Positions 16,686-24,415 of a stretch of DNA of 28,834 nt are shown one piece after another. Below the pieces are notes generated by a model. That model made no database searches. It was given only the letters and a program-made list of their open reading frames with translations, and was not told the DNA's origin. How positions within the stretch are numbered: position 1 is the first letter of the stretch; each line of letters starts with the position of its first letter. This DNA comes from Nitrospiraceae bacterium (GTDB lineage Bacteria; Nitrospirota; UBA9217), in the NCBI GenBank assembly GCA_003454665.1, contig DMKB01000245.1:2779-31612 (forward strand). Reading direction: 5' to 3'. The translations under genes were made by a program, and so were the position numbers.

Positions 16686-16777
16686 ATGTCATACTGCTTT
16701 TGCCGATCCCGTAACCGCTGGCGGCAAAAGACTATCTCTGCATCCGGTACAATGTGCGTATCATGAGGAGGGCAATA

Positions 16778-16996
16778 ATGGGACAATCAACACTCAAGAT
16801 TCAGGGAATGACGTGCAGCCACTGCGTGATGCGTGTGGCGAATGCACTGAAGCAACTCGCCGGCGTGCAGGACGCGGTGGTGGATTTGCAGAAAGGCGAG
16901 GCCGTGGTGACCTATGACGATGCCGCGGTATCCAAGGAGAAGCTCTCCTTTGCCGTGGTAGAGGCCGGGTATCAGGTTACGTCACAGAGCGAATAG
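16778..16996 (+). CDS. copZ: Heavy-metal-associated (HMA) domain copper chaperone
   Basis: 72 aa with the GMTCSHC motif and C-terminal AGY; GAGGAG RBS before ATG at 16778. Confidence 0.9.
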   Translation: MGQSTLKIQGMTCSHCVMRVANALKQLAGVQDAVVDLQKGEAVVTYDDAAVSKEKLSFAVVEAGYQVTSQSE

Positions 16997-17017
16997 CGGT
17001 ATGCACGCCCGGAGGGC

Positions 17018-17047
17018 TTGACATCGTAGGTGTCCTGATTGTATAAT
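17018..17047 (+). promoter_or_regulatory. Sigma70 promoter for the aldolase gene
   Basis: Perfect TTGACA (17018-23), 18-bp spacer, TATAAT (17042-47). Confidence 0.8.
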
Positions 17048-17102
17048 TTCACCGTTTTTCAATGATACTTCGATACTTCATAATCACCCTGTGGAGGATG
17101 GA

Positions 17103-18179
17103 ATGGCCAAGACGCTCCAGGAACTGATGCCGGCAAATGCGAGAAAGAAACTGGGCAGCGCGAGCAAGCTGAACGTGCTCTCTTCGCACGATGTTTTCCG
17201 CGCACTCAAAGATGACAAGGTCATCATCATGGCGTGCAACACGAGGATCAAGCACGTGATCCCCGGTATCATGCGGGCGGCAGAGGAGCTGGACGCGATC
17301 GTCTGCTTCGAACTCGCGAAAAGCGAAAGCAGTCTCAAAGGCGGTTATACGGGAATGGACCCCAAGGCGTATGCGGAAACGGTCTTCGGGTATGCTGAAG
17401 CGGTGCGGCTCTCGAAGCCTTTTTTCATACACGGTGACCATGTCACCACCAAGAGCCCGGATCCGGCCGTGGTCGGCGAATCGCGCGATCTCATCAAGGC
17501 GCAGCTCGAGAACGGTTATACCTCGGTGGCAGTTGATGCCTCGTTCAATGAGACGCCGGACAATATCAAGATCAGTTCAGAGCTGGGGCGCATGGTGATC
17601 GACGCCGGCGCCGGGCTCGAAGCAGAGGTTGGAGAGATCAAATCGACGAAAGAAGGCGGAGAGATCACCACGGTGGAGGAAGCGGTGGAGTTCATCGAGG
17701 GTATCGAGAAGAACGGAATCCATGCCGACCTCCTGGCAACGAACAACGGATCGAAGCACGGTAACTACAAGCCCGGCGAAGAGGTCCATATTGAGCTCAA
17801 TCGAACGGGCGAGATCTACGAGGCTATCAGGAAGTGGGGTGTCTGCATTGCCCAGCATGGTATTACCGGAACTCCTCTGAACCAGATGGGCCAGTTTGCC
17901 GATTACGGAATCCGGAAAGGAAACGTCGGTACGAATTGGCAGAATATCGCCCATGCCGGCCTCCCCGCTGACCTCATGAAAACGATGCGCGACTGGGCGC
18001 AGAAAGAAGGCAAGGACATCAAGTTCGCCACCAAGCAGTTTCTGGGCGACATTAATTCTCTTCCGGCCGAACAGGTCAAGAAGATCGAGGAAGCGGCCTA
18101 CGCTTCTGCCGCTGAATTTATTACCGCGTTCCGGGCCAAGGGCACCGCATCGCTCGCGGCACAGCGGCTGTTGAAGTAG
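17103..18179 (+). CDS. fba: Class II fructose-bisphosphate aldolase
   Basis: Zn-ligand motifs IHGDH, NGSKHG and AQHGITG, plus EAEVGEI and KGNVGT; GGAGGA RBS before ATG at 17103. Confidence 0.9.
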   Translation: MAKTLQELMPANARKKLGSASKLNVLSSHDVFRALKDDKVIIMACNTRIKHVIPGIMRAAEELDAIVCFELAKSESSLKGGYTGMDPKAYAETVFGYAEAVRLSKPFFIHGDHVTTKSPDPAVVGESRDLIKAQLENGYTSVAVDASFNETPDNIKISSELGRMVIDAGAGLEAEVGEIKSTKEGGEITTVEEAVEFIEGIEKNGIHADLLATNNGSKHGNYKPGEEVHIELNRTGEIYEAIRKWGVCIAQHGITGTPLNQMGQFADYGIRKGNVGTNWQNIAHAGLPADLMKTMRDWAQKEGKDIKFATKQFLGDINSLPAEQVKKIEEAAYASAAEFITAFRAKGTASLAAQRLLK

Positions 18180-18294
18180 GGTGCGGCTGTTCCGTGCGGA
18201 GTGAGCAGGCGTTTACTCGTTACCTTTAGCCAGGGTCTCCGGGAATTCTGAGGGCGGCCCTTGTCGTTCCTCCGTTCCTTGATCCCCTGCGGTA

Positions 18295-18303
18295 TGCTAT
18301 AAT
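18295..18303 (+). promoter_or_regulatory. Extended -10 promoter element
   Basis: TGCTATAAT ending 22 bp upstream of the GTG at 18326; no good -35. Confidence 0.5.
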
Positions 18304-18325
18304 AAATCCTAGGGGAGGTGGAACC

Positions 18326-19093
18326 GTGGACAGCCATTCCAAATGGAAATACGTCATAGCAAGATTCAGTACCAGAAAGCAGATACCCTTCGACGCTGAT
18401 CATTGCTCACCGCTGACCCTTCGGCATATGCTCCTCGATGTGCGGACCCCTTCCTCAATCCTTGACAACATCGCGCGGGCATATTGTGATGACGGGGATG
18501 TTCTGTGCGACCTTGTCCGCTGCCCCAACCTGTCCGAACCGACCCTCGCCTTTATTGCCCTGGCCGGACCTGAAGAAATAAAAAAATTTATTTCCGGTAC
18601 CCGCTGCGTGGATGTCGTTGCCCAGGATGCTCCGGACAACAAGGCAGCTGATGGAGGCAGGGATACCAAGAAGCTGAACGTGATGCAGCAGATCAACCGG
18701 ATGACGAAGCCCCAGAAAATAAAGCTTGCCTTGTCAGGACCCAAGGAGGCCCGGGGCCTGCTCATCAGGGAGAAGAACAAGCAGATTTCGCTGTCCGTGC
18801 TGGAAAACCCCCGGCTGACTGACGGCGAGGTGGATTTTTTCGCAAAATCGACGAGTCTGGGCGAGGACGTTCTGCGAAAAATCGCCGCGAATCCTGAATG
18901 GTCCAGAAAGTACGCCATCGCACAGGCCCTGGTATACAACGCGAAGACGCCGCCCGGCATTTCCGTTCCTCTCGTAAACAGGATGAACGACCGGGACCTT
19001 GGCATGCTCGAGAAGAACCGCAACGTCAGTGAGGCGGTACGGAAGGCGGCGAGAGGCATCTTCACGAGGCGGAAGCATAGCATGCGAAGGTAG
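18326..19093 (+). CDS. Conserved hypothetical protein with helical repeats
   Basis: 255 aa, GGGAGG RBS. The C-terminal block (KIKLALSGPKEARGLLIRE..SVLENPRLTDGEV..NPEWSRKY..LVYNAKTP) is a recurrent helical-repeat pattern. No function can be assigned. Confidence 0.75.
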   Translation: MDSHSKWKYVIARFSTRKQIPFDADHCSPLTLRHMLLDVRTPSSILDNIARAYCDDGDVLCDLVRCPNLSEPTLAFIALAGPEEIKKFISGTRCVDVVAQDAPDNKAADGGRDTKKLNVMQQINRMTKPQKIKLALSGPKEARGLLIREKNKQISLSVLENPRLTDGEVDFFAKSTSLGEDVLRKIAANPEWSRKYAIAQALVYNAKTPPGISVPLVNRMNDRDLGMLEKNRNVSEAVRKAARGIFTRRKHSMRR

Positions 19094-19186
19094 CGGATAA
19101 AAGCGTCGTTGTGTATGCCCACCGCAGGCTGGCTGCTATGTGCGTTCTCCCGGCGATAGGGCGATCCCCTCCATAGTGAATTGACC

Positions 19187-20185
19187 ATGATCCGAAACAG
19201 AAGAATCGTACAGTATTCCCTCATTATCGTTGTATCGTCCCTCCTCATTTTCTCCTGTGCCAGGAAAAGGACGGTGAAAAAAACCGAGACCATCATGGGT
19301 ACGAACGTCACCATTACGGTGGTGGCGGATACGTCGAAGGAGGGAGATGCGGCGATCGGTGCTGCCATGGATGAGATCAGGCGGCTCGACGAGATGATGT
19401 CCCTGTACAAAGAAAATAGCGAAGTCACCCGCGTGAACATGGCGTCGGGAAAACATCCCATAGCGGTATCGCCGGAAATGATCGAGGTCGTGGAGAACGC
19501 CGTCGCCGTAGCGAAGCTGACGGACGGAGTGTTCGATATCACCATGGGCCCGCTAATCGTTCTGTGGCGAATGCGCACCGCAGAAGGGGATATCCCCACG
19601 GAAAAAGAAATCGCCCGTATTCTTCCCCGCGTCAATTATAGGAATATCATCGTCAATAAAAAAAAATCCACCCTCTTTCTCCGAAGACCCGATATGATCA
19701 TCGATCTCGGCGGTGTGGCCAAGGGGTACGCCGCAGACAGGGCGGCAGGAATCCTGAAACAGCATGGCATCATGAGCGCTCTCGTGGCAGTTGCCGGCGA
19801 TATCAGGGCCCTGGGCGCCCGGCCGGATGGGAGTCCCTGGCGGATCGGTGTGCAGCACCCCCGCAAGCCGAAAACAACCCTTACCGTCCTTGACCTCAGG
19901 GACACCTTCATCTCCACGTCCGGCGATTATGAGCGGTTCGTCATCAAAGCCGGAAAACGGTACCATCACATCATCGATCCGCGCACCGGAAAGCCATCAA
20001 CAGGCATCATTTCAGCGACCATCATCGGCGACCGCGGCGCGATCGTCGATCCTCTCACGACGGCACTCTTTGTCCTCGGAAGGGAAAGGGGCATGGAGAT
20101 CGTGAACAAGCTTGGATACGAGGCGGTGGTCGTTGACGAGGACGGAGGGGTGTCGCATACGGCAGGGATCGACGTATCAGAGTAG
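19187..20185 (+). CDS. apbE: FAD:protein FMN transferase (lipoprotein)
   Basis: Lipobox LIFSC, MGTNVTI, DLGGVAKGYAAD, ISTSGDYER and HHIIDPRTG. Confidence 0.95.
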   Translation: MIRNRRIVQYSLIIVVSSLLIFSCARKRTVKKTETIMGTNVTITVVADTSKEGDAAIGAAMDEIRRLDEMMSLYKENSEVTRVNMASGKHPIAVSPEMIEVVENAVAVAKLTDGVFDITMGPLIVLWRMRTAEGDIPTEKEIARILPRVNYRNIIVNKKKSTLFLRRPDMIIDLGGVAKGYAADRAAGILKQHGIMSALVAVAGDIRALGARPDGSPWRIGVQHPRKPKTTLTVLDLRDTFISTSGDYERFVIKAGKRYHHIIDPRTGKPSTGIISATIIGDRGAIVDPLTTALFVLGRERGMEIVNKLGYEAVVVDEDGGVSHTAGIDVSE

Positions 20186-20241
20186 CACGGTTTATCCTTC
20201 ACCTTCCCGCCTTGTCATACCGCAAACCGCTGAAATTACTC

Positions 20242-20290
20242 TTGACATACAGAATTCTCCTGGTTAATATATAAAAATTATTTGATATAT
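20242..20290 (+). promoter_or_regulatory. Sigma70 promoter with a candidate ArsR/SmtB-type operator over the start site
   Basis: TTGACA (20242-47), 17-bp spacer, TAATAT (20265-70). An imperfect AT-rich palindrome atatataaaaattatttgatatat (20267-20290) overlaps the -10 and the expected start site. Confidence 0.6.
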
Positions 20291-20313
20291 AAGTTGAGAG
20301 CGGGAGAAGCATA

Positions 20314-21264
20314 TTGAAGAGTTTTGCTCACTACGTAGTCTATTCCGTGTTAAACTTACAGGAGGGTTCGCGCCTTGCGGACGCCGTTGAATTCTTTATT
20401 TACGACACGATAAAGATATTTTTCCTTCTTGCCCTTATCATATTCGTCATATCGATCCTCAGGAGCTATTTCCCGCCTGAACGGACGAAGCGCATCCTGT
20501 CTCATAAAAAGGAATTTATCGGTAACATCCTGGCGGCGTTCCTCGGTGTTGCTACCCCTTTCTGTTCATGCTCCGCAGTACCACTCTTTATCGGATTTGT
20601 TGAAGCAGGGATACCGATTGGCGTGACGTTTTCGTTCCTCATCGCCTCTCCCATGGTGAACGAAGTGGCGGTGGTATTGCTCTGGGGCATGTTCGGGTGG
20701 AAGATTGCTTTGCTGTACATTGCGGCAGGGCTGTCTATCGCCATTATCGGCGGCATAATCATCGGCAAGCTCAAGGTCGAAAAGTGGGTTGAGGAGTATG
20801 TATTCAAGATCCAATCTCTTCAAATACAGCAGGACACGGCGCGGCAGCAGTTCCGGGAGCGGCTCGTCTCTGCGCGGGCCGGTACCGTCGACATCCTGAA
20901 AAGAGTGTGGCTGTTCGTTGTTATCGCCATCGGCATCGGCGGGTTCATCCACGGTTATGTGCCACAGGATTTCCTGGCCCGTTACGCCGGAGCGGACAAT
21001 CCTTTTGCCGTGCCCGTTGCCGTTGCCATGGGAGTGCCCCTGTATTCGAATGCAGCCGGCGTCATTCCCATTGTCTACGCCCTCATGGAGAAAGGCATGA
21101 GCCTGGGGTCCGTACTCGCCTTCATGATGGCGGTGACGGCGCTCTCGCTCCCGGAAATGATTATTCTCAGAAAAGTATTGAAACTGCAACTCATTGGCGT
21201 ATTTGTCGGGATCATGACAATGGCGATTATTGCCGTAGGGTATTTGTTTAATATGATTTTATAA
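20314..21264 (+). CDS. arsP: DUF318/ArsP-family permease
   Basis: Multi-TM; TPFCSCSAVPLF, FLIASPMVNE, GVPLYSNAAG, AVTALSLPEMIIL; TTG start after GGGAG; ars neighbourhood. Confidence 0.85.
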   Translation: MKSFAHYVVYSVLNLQEGSRLADAVEFFIYDTIKIFFLLALIIFVISILRSYFPPERTKRILSHKKEFIGNILAAFLGVATPFCSCSAVPLFIGFVEAGIPIGVTFSFLIASPMVNEVAVVLLWGMFGWKIALLYIAAGLSIAIIGGIIIGKLKVEKWVEEYVFKIQSLQIQQDTARQQFRERLVSARAGTVDILKRVWLFVVIAIGIGGFIHGYVPQDFLARYAGADNPFAVPVAVAMGVPLYSNAAGVIPIVYALMEKGMSLGSVLAFMMAVTALSLPEMIILRKVLKLQLIGVFVGIMTMAIIAVGYLFNMIL

Positions 21265-21273
21265 CCACATATG

Positions 21274-21325
21274 CCACGAAGGCGCCAAGGCGCATAGAAA
21301 AAATCGTGTCATTGTGAATTCGTGG
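21274..21325. repeat. Short imperfect palindrome with 8-mer-unit arms
   Basis: ccacgaa (21274-80) pairs perfectly with ttcgtgg (21319-25); 13/22 identity over the full arms plus 3 G-U-compatible positions. Same cacgaag unit as at 15096. Confidence 0.6.
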
Positions 21326-21346
21326 TTACCATGAGGAGGATTCAAC

Positions 21347-21589
21347 ATGGAAATCAAGGTGCTCGGTCCCGGGTGTGCCAACTGCCAGACCATGGAGGAA
21401 ATGACCAAAACCGCGGTTCAGGAGCTGGGCCTCAGCGCATCCGTCGAGAAAGTGACCGATATCGCGGAGATCGCGAGGCACGGTATTCTCACGACTCCCG
21501 GGCTCATCGTCAACGGCAAGATCAAGCATTCGGGCAAACCGCTGCCAACGCTGGAAAAGGTAAAAGAATTGATCGGATCTGAGGTCTAA
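21347..21589 (+). CDS. Small thioredoxin-family (redox-active disulfide) protein
   Basis: 80 aa; IKVLGPGCANC (CxxC) and GILTTPGLIVNG; GAGGA RBS. Confidence 0.92.
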   Translation: MEIKVLGPGCANCQTMEEMTKTAVQELGLSASVEKVTDIAEIARHGILTTPGLIVNGKIKHSGKPLPTLEKVKELIGSEV

Positions 21590-21707
21590 TTGGGAAAGGG
21601 ATGCTGCGGAGAAGCGGTGAAGGGATGGGGGTATGAAAACATCCTTGTTTAGTGGCATCAGGAAGCGATTTGTCGAGTAACCAATTTACCCATTCACCGG
21701 TATTGAT

Positions 21708-22088
21708 ATGAATGAACTGGTCAGCATATTCAAAGCCCTGTCGGACGAAACAAGGCTCAGGATCGTGAAGCTTCTGGAGCAGGGAGAACTTTGCGTCTGC
21801 GACCTTGTCGCGGCCCTCGGCATGGTCCAGCCCAAAGTGTCCTTTCACCTCAGCGTGCTGAAGGAAGCGGGATTCATCACGGACAGAAAGCAGGGCAGGT
21901 GGATTCACTACCGTCTTGACGATTCCGACATGATGCGAAGAATGCTGCTGCTGTCGGTCTGCGAACGGATTTCAGACGGTGCGGCCGCAGAAGACCGGAA
22001 GCGGCTTTCCCGCTTTCTTCTCAAAAAAAGGCCTCAGGTATCTGTTGTCGACCTGAGAGCCGGGATGAAAGAAAGCCACGGGAGATAA
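21708..22088 (+). CDS. arsR: ArsR-family metalloid-responsive repressor
   Basis: FKALSDETRLRI, alpha3 site ELCVCDL, VSFHLSVLKEAG and RKQGRWIHYRL. Confidence 0.93.
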   Translation: MNELVSIFKALSDETRLRIVKLLEQGELCVCDLVAALGMVQPKVSFHLSVLKEAGFITDRKQGRWIHYRLDDSDMMRRMLLLSVCERISDGAAAEDRKRLSRFLLKKRPQVSVVDLRAGMKESHGR

Positions 22089-22091
22089 TCG

Positions 22092-22517
22092 ATGCTCAAG
22101 GTACTGTTTCTCTGCACCGGAAATTCGTGCAGGAGCCAGATGGCGGAAGGAATCGGGCGAGAGTACGGAAGGGGCCTCATAGAAGTACACAGCGCTGGAT
22201 TACTGCCGGCAGGGGTAAATCCCTATGCGATCAGGGTCATGAACGAGATTGGGATAGATATCTCCGGCCAAACGTCCAAGGCCATCGATGCAAAAATTCT
22301 GGGAGGGATGGATGTGATTATCACGCTCTGCGGCCATGCAGAGCAGCTATGCCCGACAACGCCTCTGGAGAGCAAACGCCTCCACTGGCCCATAGACGAC
22401 CCTGTCGGCACCGTGGGCACGGAGGAGAAGATACTCCGCGAGTTCAGGAGGGCGAGAGACGAAATATCTGCCAAAATTAAGGAATTTCTTCTCAAGGCAA
22501 AGAATGGGCAGGAATAA
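22092..22517 (+). CDS. arsC: Thioredoxin-coupled arsenate reductase (LMWP fold)
   Basis: P-loop CTGNSCRSQMAEG and resolving pair TLCGHAEQLCP; HWPIDDP. Confidence 0.92.
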   Translation: MLKVLFLCTGNSCRSQMAEGIGREYGRGLIEVHSAGLLPAGVNPYAIRVMNEIGIDISGQTSKAIDAKILGGMDVIITLCGHAEQLCPTTPLESKRLHWPIDDPVGTVGTEEKILREFRRARDEISAKIKEFLLKAKNGQE

Positions 22518-22635
22518 TAGTGAAAAAAAGGAAAGGTTTTGCACTTTTTAGGTTGCCGTTATCTTAAAGTGGTAATCTCAAAAATGGAATGGCGTTTGAT
22601 TTTTTCCATCTAAGTCCTTGGAAAGTAAAAAATAT

Positions 22636-22664
22636 TTGCACTTAGAGAAATATACTGGTATTAT
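22636..22664 (+). promoter_or_regulatory. Sigma70 promoter for the HesB-like gene
   Basis: TTGCAC (22636-41), 17-bp spacer, TATTAT (22659-64), with extended TG at 22656-57. Confidence 0.55.
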
Positions 22665-22735
22665 ACAAATATATCGAGTTTCATAACCGTTGGATTACAG
22701 GACAACGTGTTTTGGGATGAAAACAGGGAGGAAGC

Positions 22736-23044
22736 ATGATAAGCTTGACAACGAGCGCAGTAAATAAATTCAAGGAAGTTGTGGAGCAGCAGGGGACCGC
22801 TGGTGATGGCGTGCGGATATTCCTCATGCCAGGCGGCTGAAGGCCTTCCCTGGCTATGGACATAGCCAAAGACGCCCAGCCCGGCGATGCCACTGTTGAA
22901 GAAGACGGACTGCGGGTATTTCTCGAGCAGCGGGCCCAGGAAATGCTCGTGAATACGACCATTGATTTTCAGGACAAGCGCGGTTTCGTACTGAGCGGCG
23001 GTGTGCCGCAAGACTCATGCAGCAGCTCGTCCTGCAGTTGCTGA
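22736..23044 (+). CDS. HesB/IscA-like protein, predicted selenoprotein (102 aa, Sec at codon 35)
   Basis: GGGAGG RBS, then MISLTTSAVNKFKEVVEQQGTAGDGVRIFLMPGG-(TGA 22838-40)-RPSLAMDIAKDAQPGDATVEEDGLRVFLEQ...TIDF...GFVL...CSSSSCSC. The TGA falls at the conserved GG[C/U] position, HesB-like similarity continues in frame on both sides, and a SECIS-like hairpin follows. Confidence 0.88.
22851..22868 (+). promoter_or_regulatory. Candidate bacterial SECIS element
   Basis: Perfect 7-bp stem TGGCTAT/ATAGCCA with a GGAC loop. The stem starts 10 nt after the UGA and the loop 17 nt after it, with G in the first two loop positions. Confidence 0.75.
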
Positions 23045-23109
23045 TCTATCGTAATCCGGACGCAAGCGACAGCGTGTTGCACTGCTTCCGGCCTTAACCG
23101 CATCTTACC

Positions 23110-23139
23110 AGCCACGCCCTAGGCGTGGCTCTTTTTTTT
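23110..23139 (+). terminator. Intrinsic terminator after the HesB-like gene
   Basis: agccacgcc-cta-ggcgtggct followed by c and eight T. Confidence 0.85.
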
Positions 23140-23522
23140 CCTCACGGCATAGAGTGGCGATCCCTTTCCGTGCGAGCAGCACCCATTGAAGGCACGGAGA
23201 AGAAACATCACAGATCCAGCTCACGAGCGACGTGCGGCGCGCTACGCGTTATTTCCTCCCCCATACATTCTTCTGCACGGTACGTCACTCTTTTGTTTTT
23301 GCATCTCCATCCATTGGTGTACTTCCGGGAATAAAATCCATCCTTCAGCCGATTGAATAGATCTCTCTTTCCGTCAATACTAAGCTTATCCATAGGAGTG
23401 TGTATTGCATGACCGGGAAGGGAGGGAGTTACCCGTATCAGTTGCTCGGAAAGGTTAATCGGTAATATTTGAAAAAGCGGCAGTAATAGGGAGTGAATTT
23501 TAAAATCGAAAGGAGAGACAGA

Positions 23523-24314
23523 ATGATATATCATAGCCTGTCTGTTAGCAGAAGAGTCACAAGAACGGCGATACGAATTGCTTTGGCGATTCTGGTTGTG
23601 CTGGGTGCCGTGTCGGCAGCCATGGCTGCAAGTGACGCCCAGTCCGCGCTGCAGGTACCCGTCTCCGTACACGCAAGGATAAACAGCAACTCCTGCGACA
23701 ACAGCCCCGGGCCCTACATCACCCTTTCCGGAGAGCTGATGCTTGGAGGGATGGACGGAGCGCTGATTTTCCGGAATAACCGGAAGGGTACGCATACCCA
23801 CACAGAGGACGTCAAGGTGGGCGTCGAAATCCTGCCTCCCGGGGAGACCATCCGCTTTGCCAAGCAGCCGTCCCGTGGGGGAGTGGGCGGTAACCCCTTC
23901 ATCTATGTCCAGTTTCTCGACGATTCAGGGGGCGCCATTTCTGACGAAATCTTCGTCGGCCGCTGTGTTCAGGGACTGGACCAGATGGTCTCGTTCGACT
24001 TTTTCCACAATGCTGTTGCGAACGCATCAATCACAGCCGGCGAATGCAACAACACCTCCGGTCCGTACATCACCCTCTCCGGTGAGCTGATACTCAGCGG
24101 AATACAGGCAAAACTCATCTTCCGGAACAACGAGGACGGTCCTCACGAATACGAGAAGGACGTCGAAGTCGGCGTCGTTATCCTGCCCCCCGGGGAGACC
24201 ATCAGTTTTGCCAAACAGCCACCTCAGGGAGGAGCGGGCGGTAATCCGCTCATCTATTTTCAGTTCGAGGACAGCGGTCCGGAATTCTTTATGGGACGGT
24301 GCACTCAGCTGTGA
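23523..24314 (+). CDS. Secreted hypothetical protein with two tandem ~90-aa Cys-bracketed repeats
   Basis: AAGGAG RBS; signal peptide ending SAAMA; repeats start at 23694 and 24045, with 51/76 aligned residues identical by hand count. Confidence 0.85.
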   Translation: MIYHSLSVSRRVTRTAIRIALAILVVLGAVSAAMAASDAQSALQVPVSVHARINSNSCDNSPGPYITLSGELMLGGMDGALIFRNNRKGTHTHTEDVKVGVEILPPGETIRFAKQPSRGGVGGNPFIYVQFLDDSGGAISDEIFVGRCVQGLDQMVSFDFFHNAVANASITAGECNNTSGPYITLSGELILSGIQAKLIFRNNEDGPHEYEKDVEVGVVILPPGETISFAKQPPQGGAGGNPLIYFQFEDSGPEFFMGRCTQL

Positions 24315-24374
24315 TCGAGCAAGAACGGTAATGAGTTGATGAACACAACGATGTATTCACTCTGCTGTACCTTG

Positions 24375-24415
24375 GAACCCGCCGGCTCCGGTGAGGGGCC
24401 GGTGGGTTCTTTTTT
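24375..24415 (+). terminator. Intrinsic terminator
   Basis: 15-bp stem gaacccgccggctcc/ggggccggtgggttc (two G-U pairs), ggtga loop, then six T. Confidence 0.85.

Noticed and set aside
18400-19635. 411-aa minus-strand ORF
   Set aside because: Antisense to two well-supported plus-strand genes; Ser/Arg-rich with no motifs.
22736-23044. Nonsense pseudogene, or a stand-alone 62-aa ORF 22856..23044
   Set aside because: The stop lies exactly at the conserved Cys column and is followed by a correctly spaced SECIS-like hairpin; the RBS is at 22736, not 22856.
23140-23522. ncRNA or ORF 23208..23801 in the long intergenic region
   Set aside because: Only short unremarkable hairpins and no recognisable RNA family; the ORF overlaps the real gene in antisense.
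23523-23627. Tat signal in the secreted repeat protein (SRRVT)
   Set aside because: It lacks the hydrophobic FL after RRx; a Sec signal with AMA cleavage fits better.
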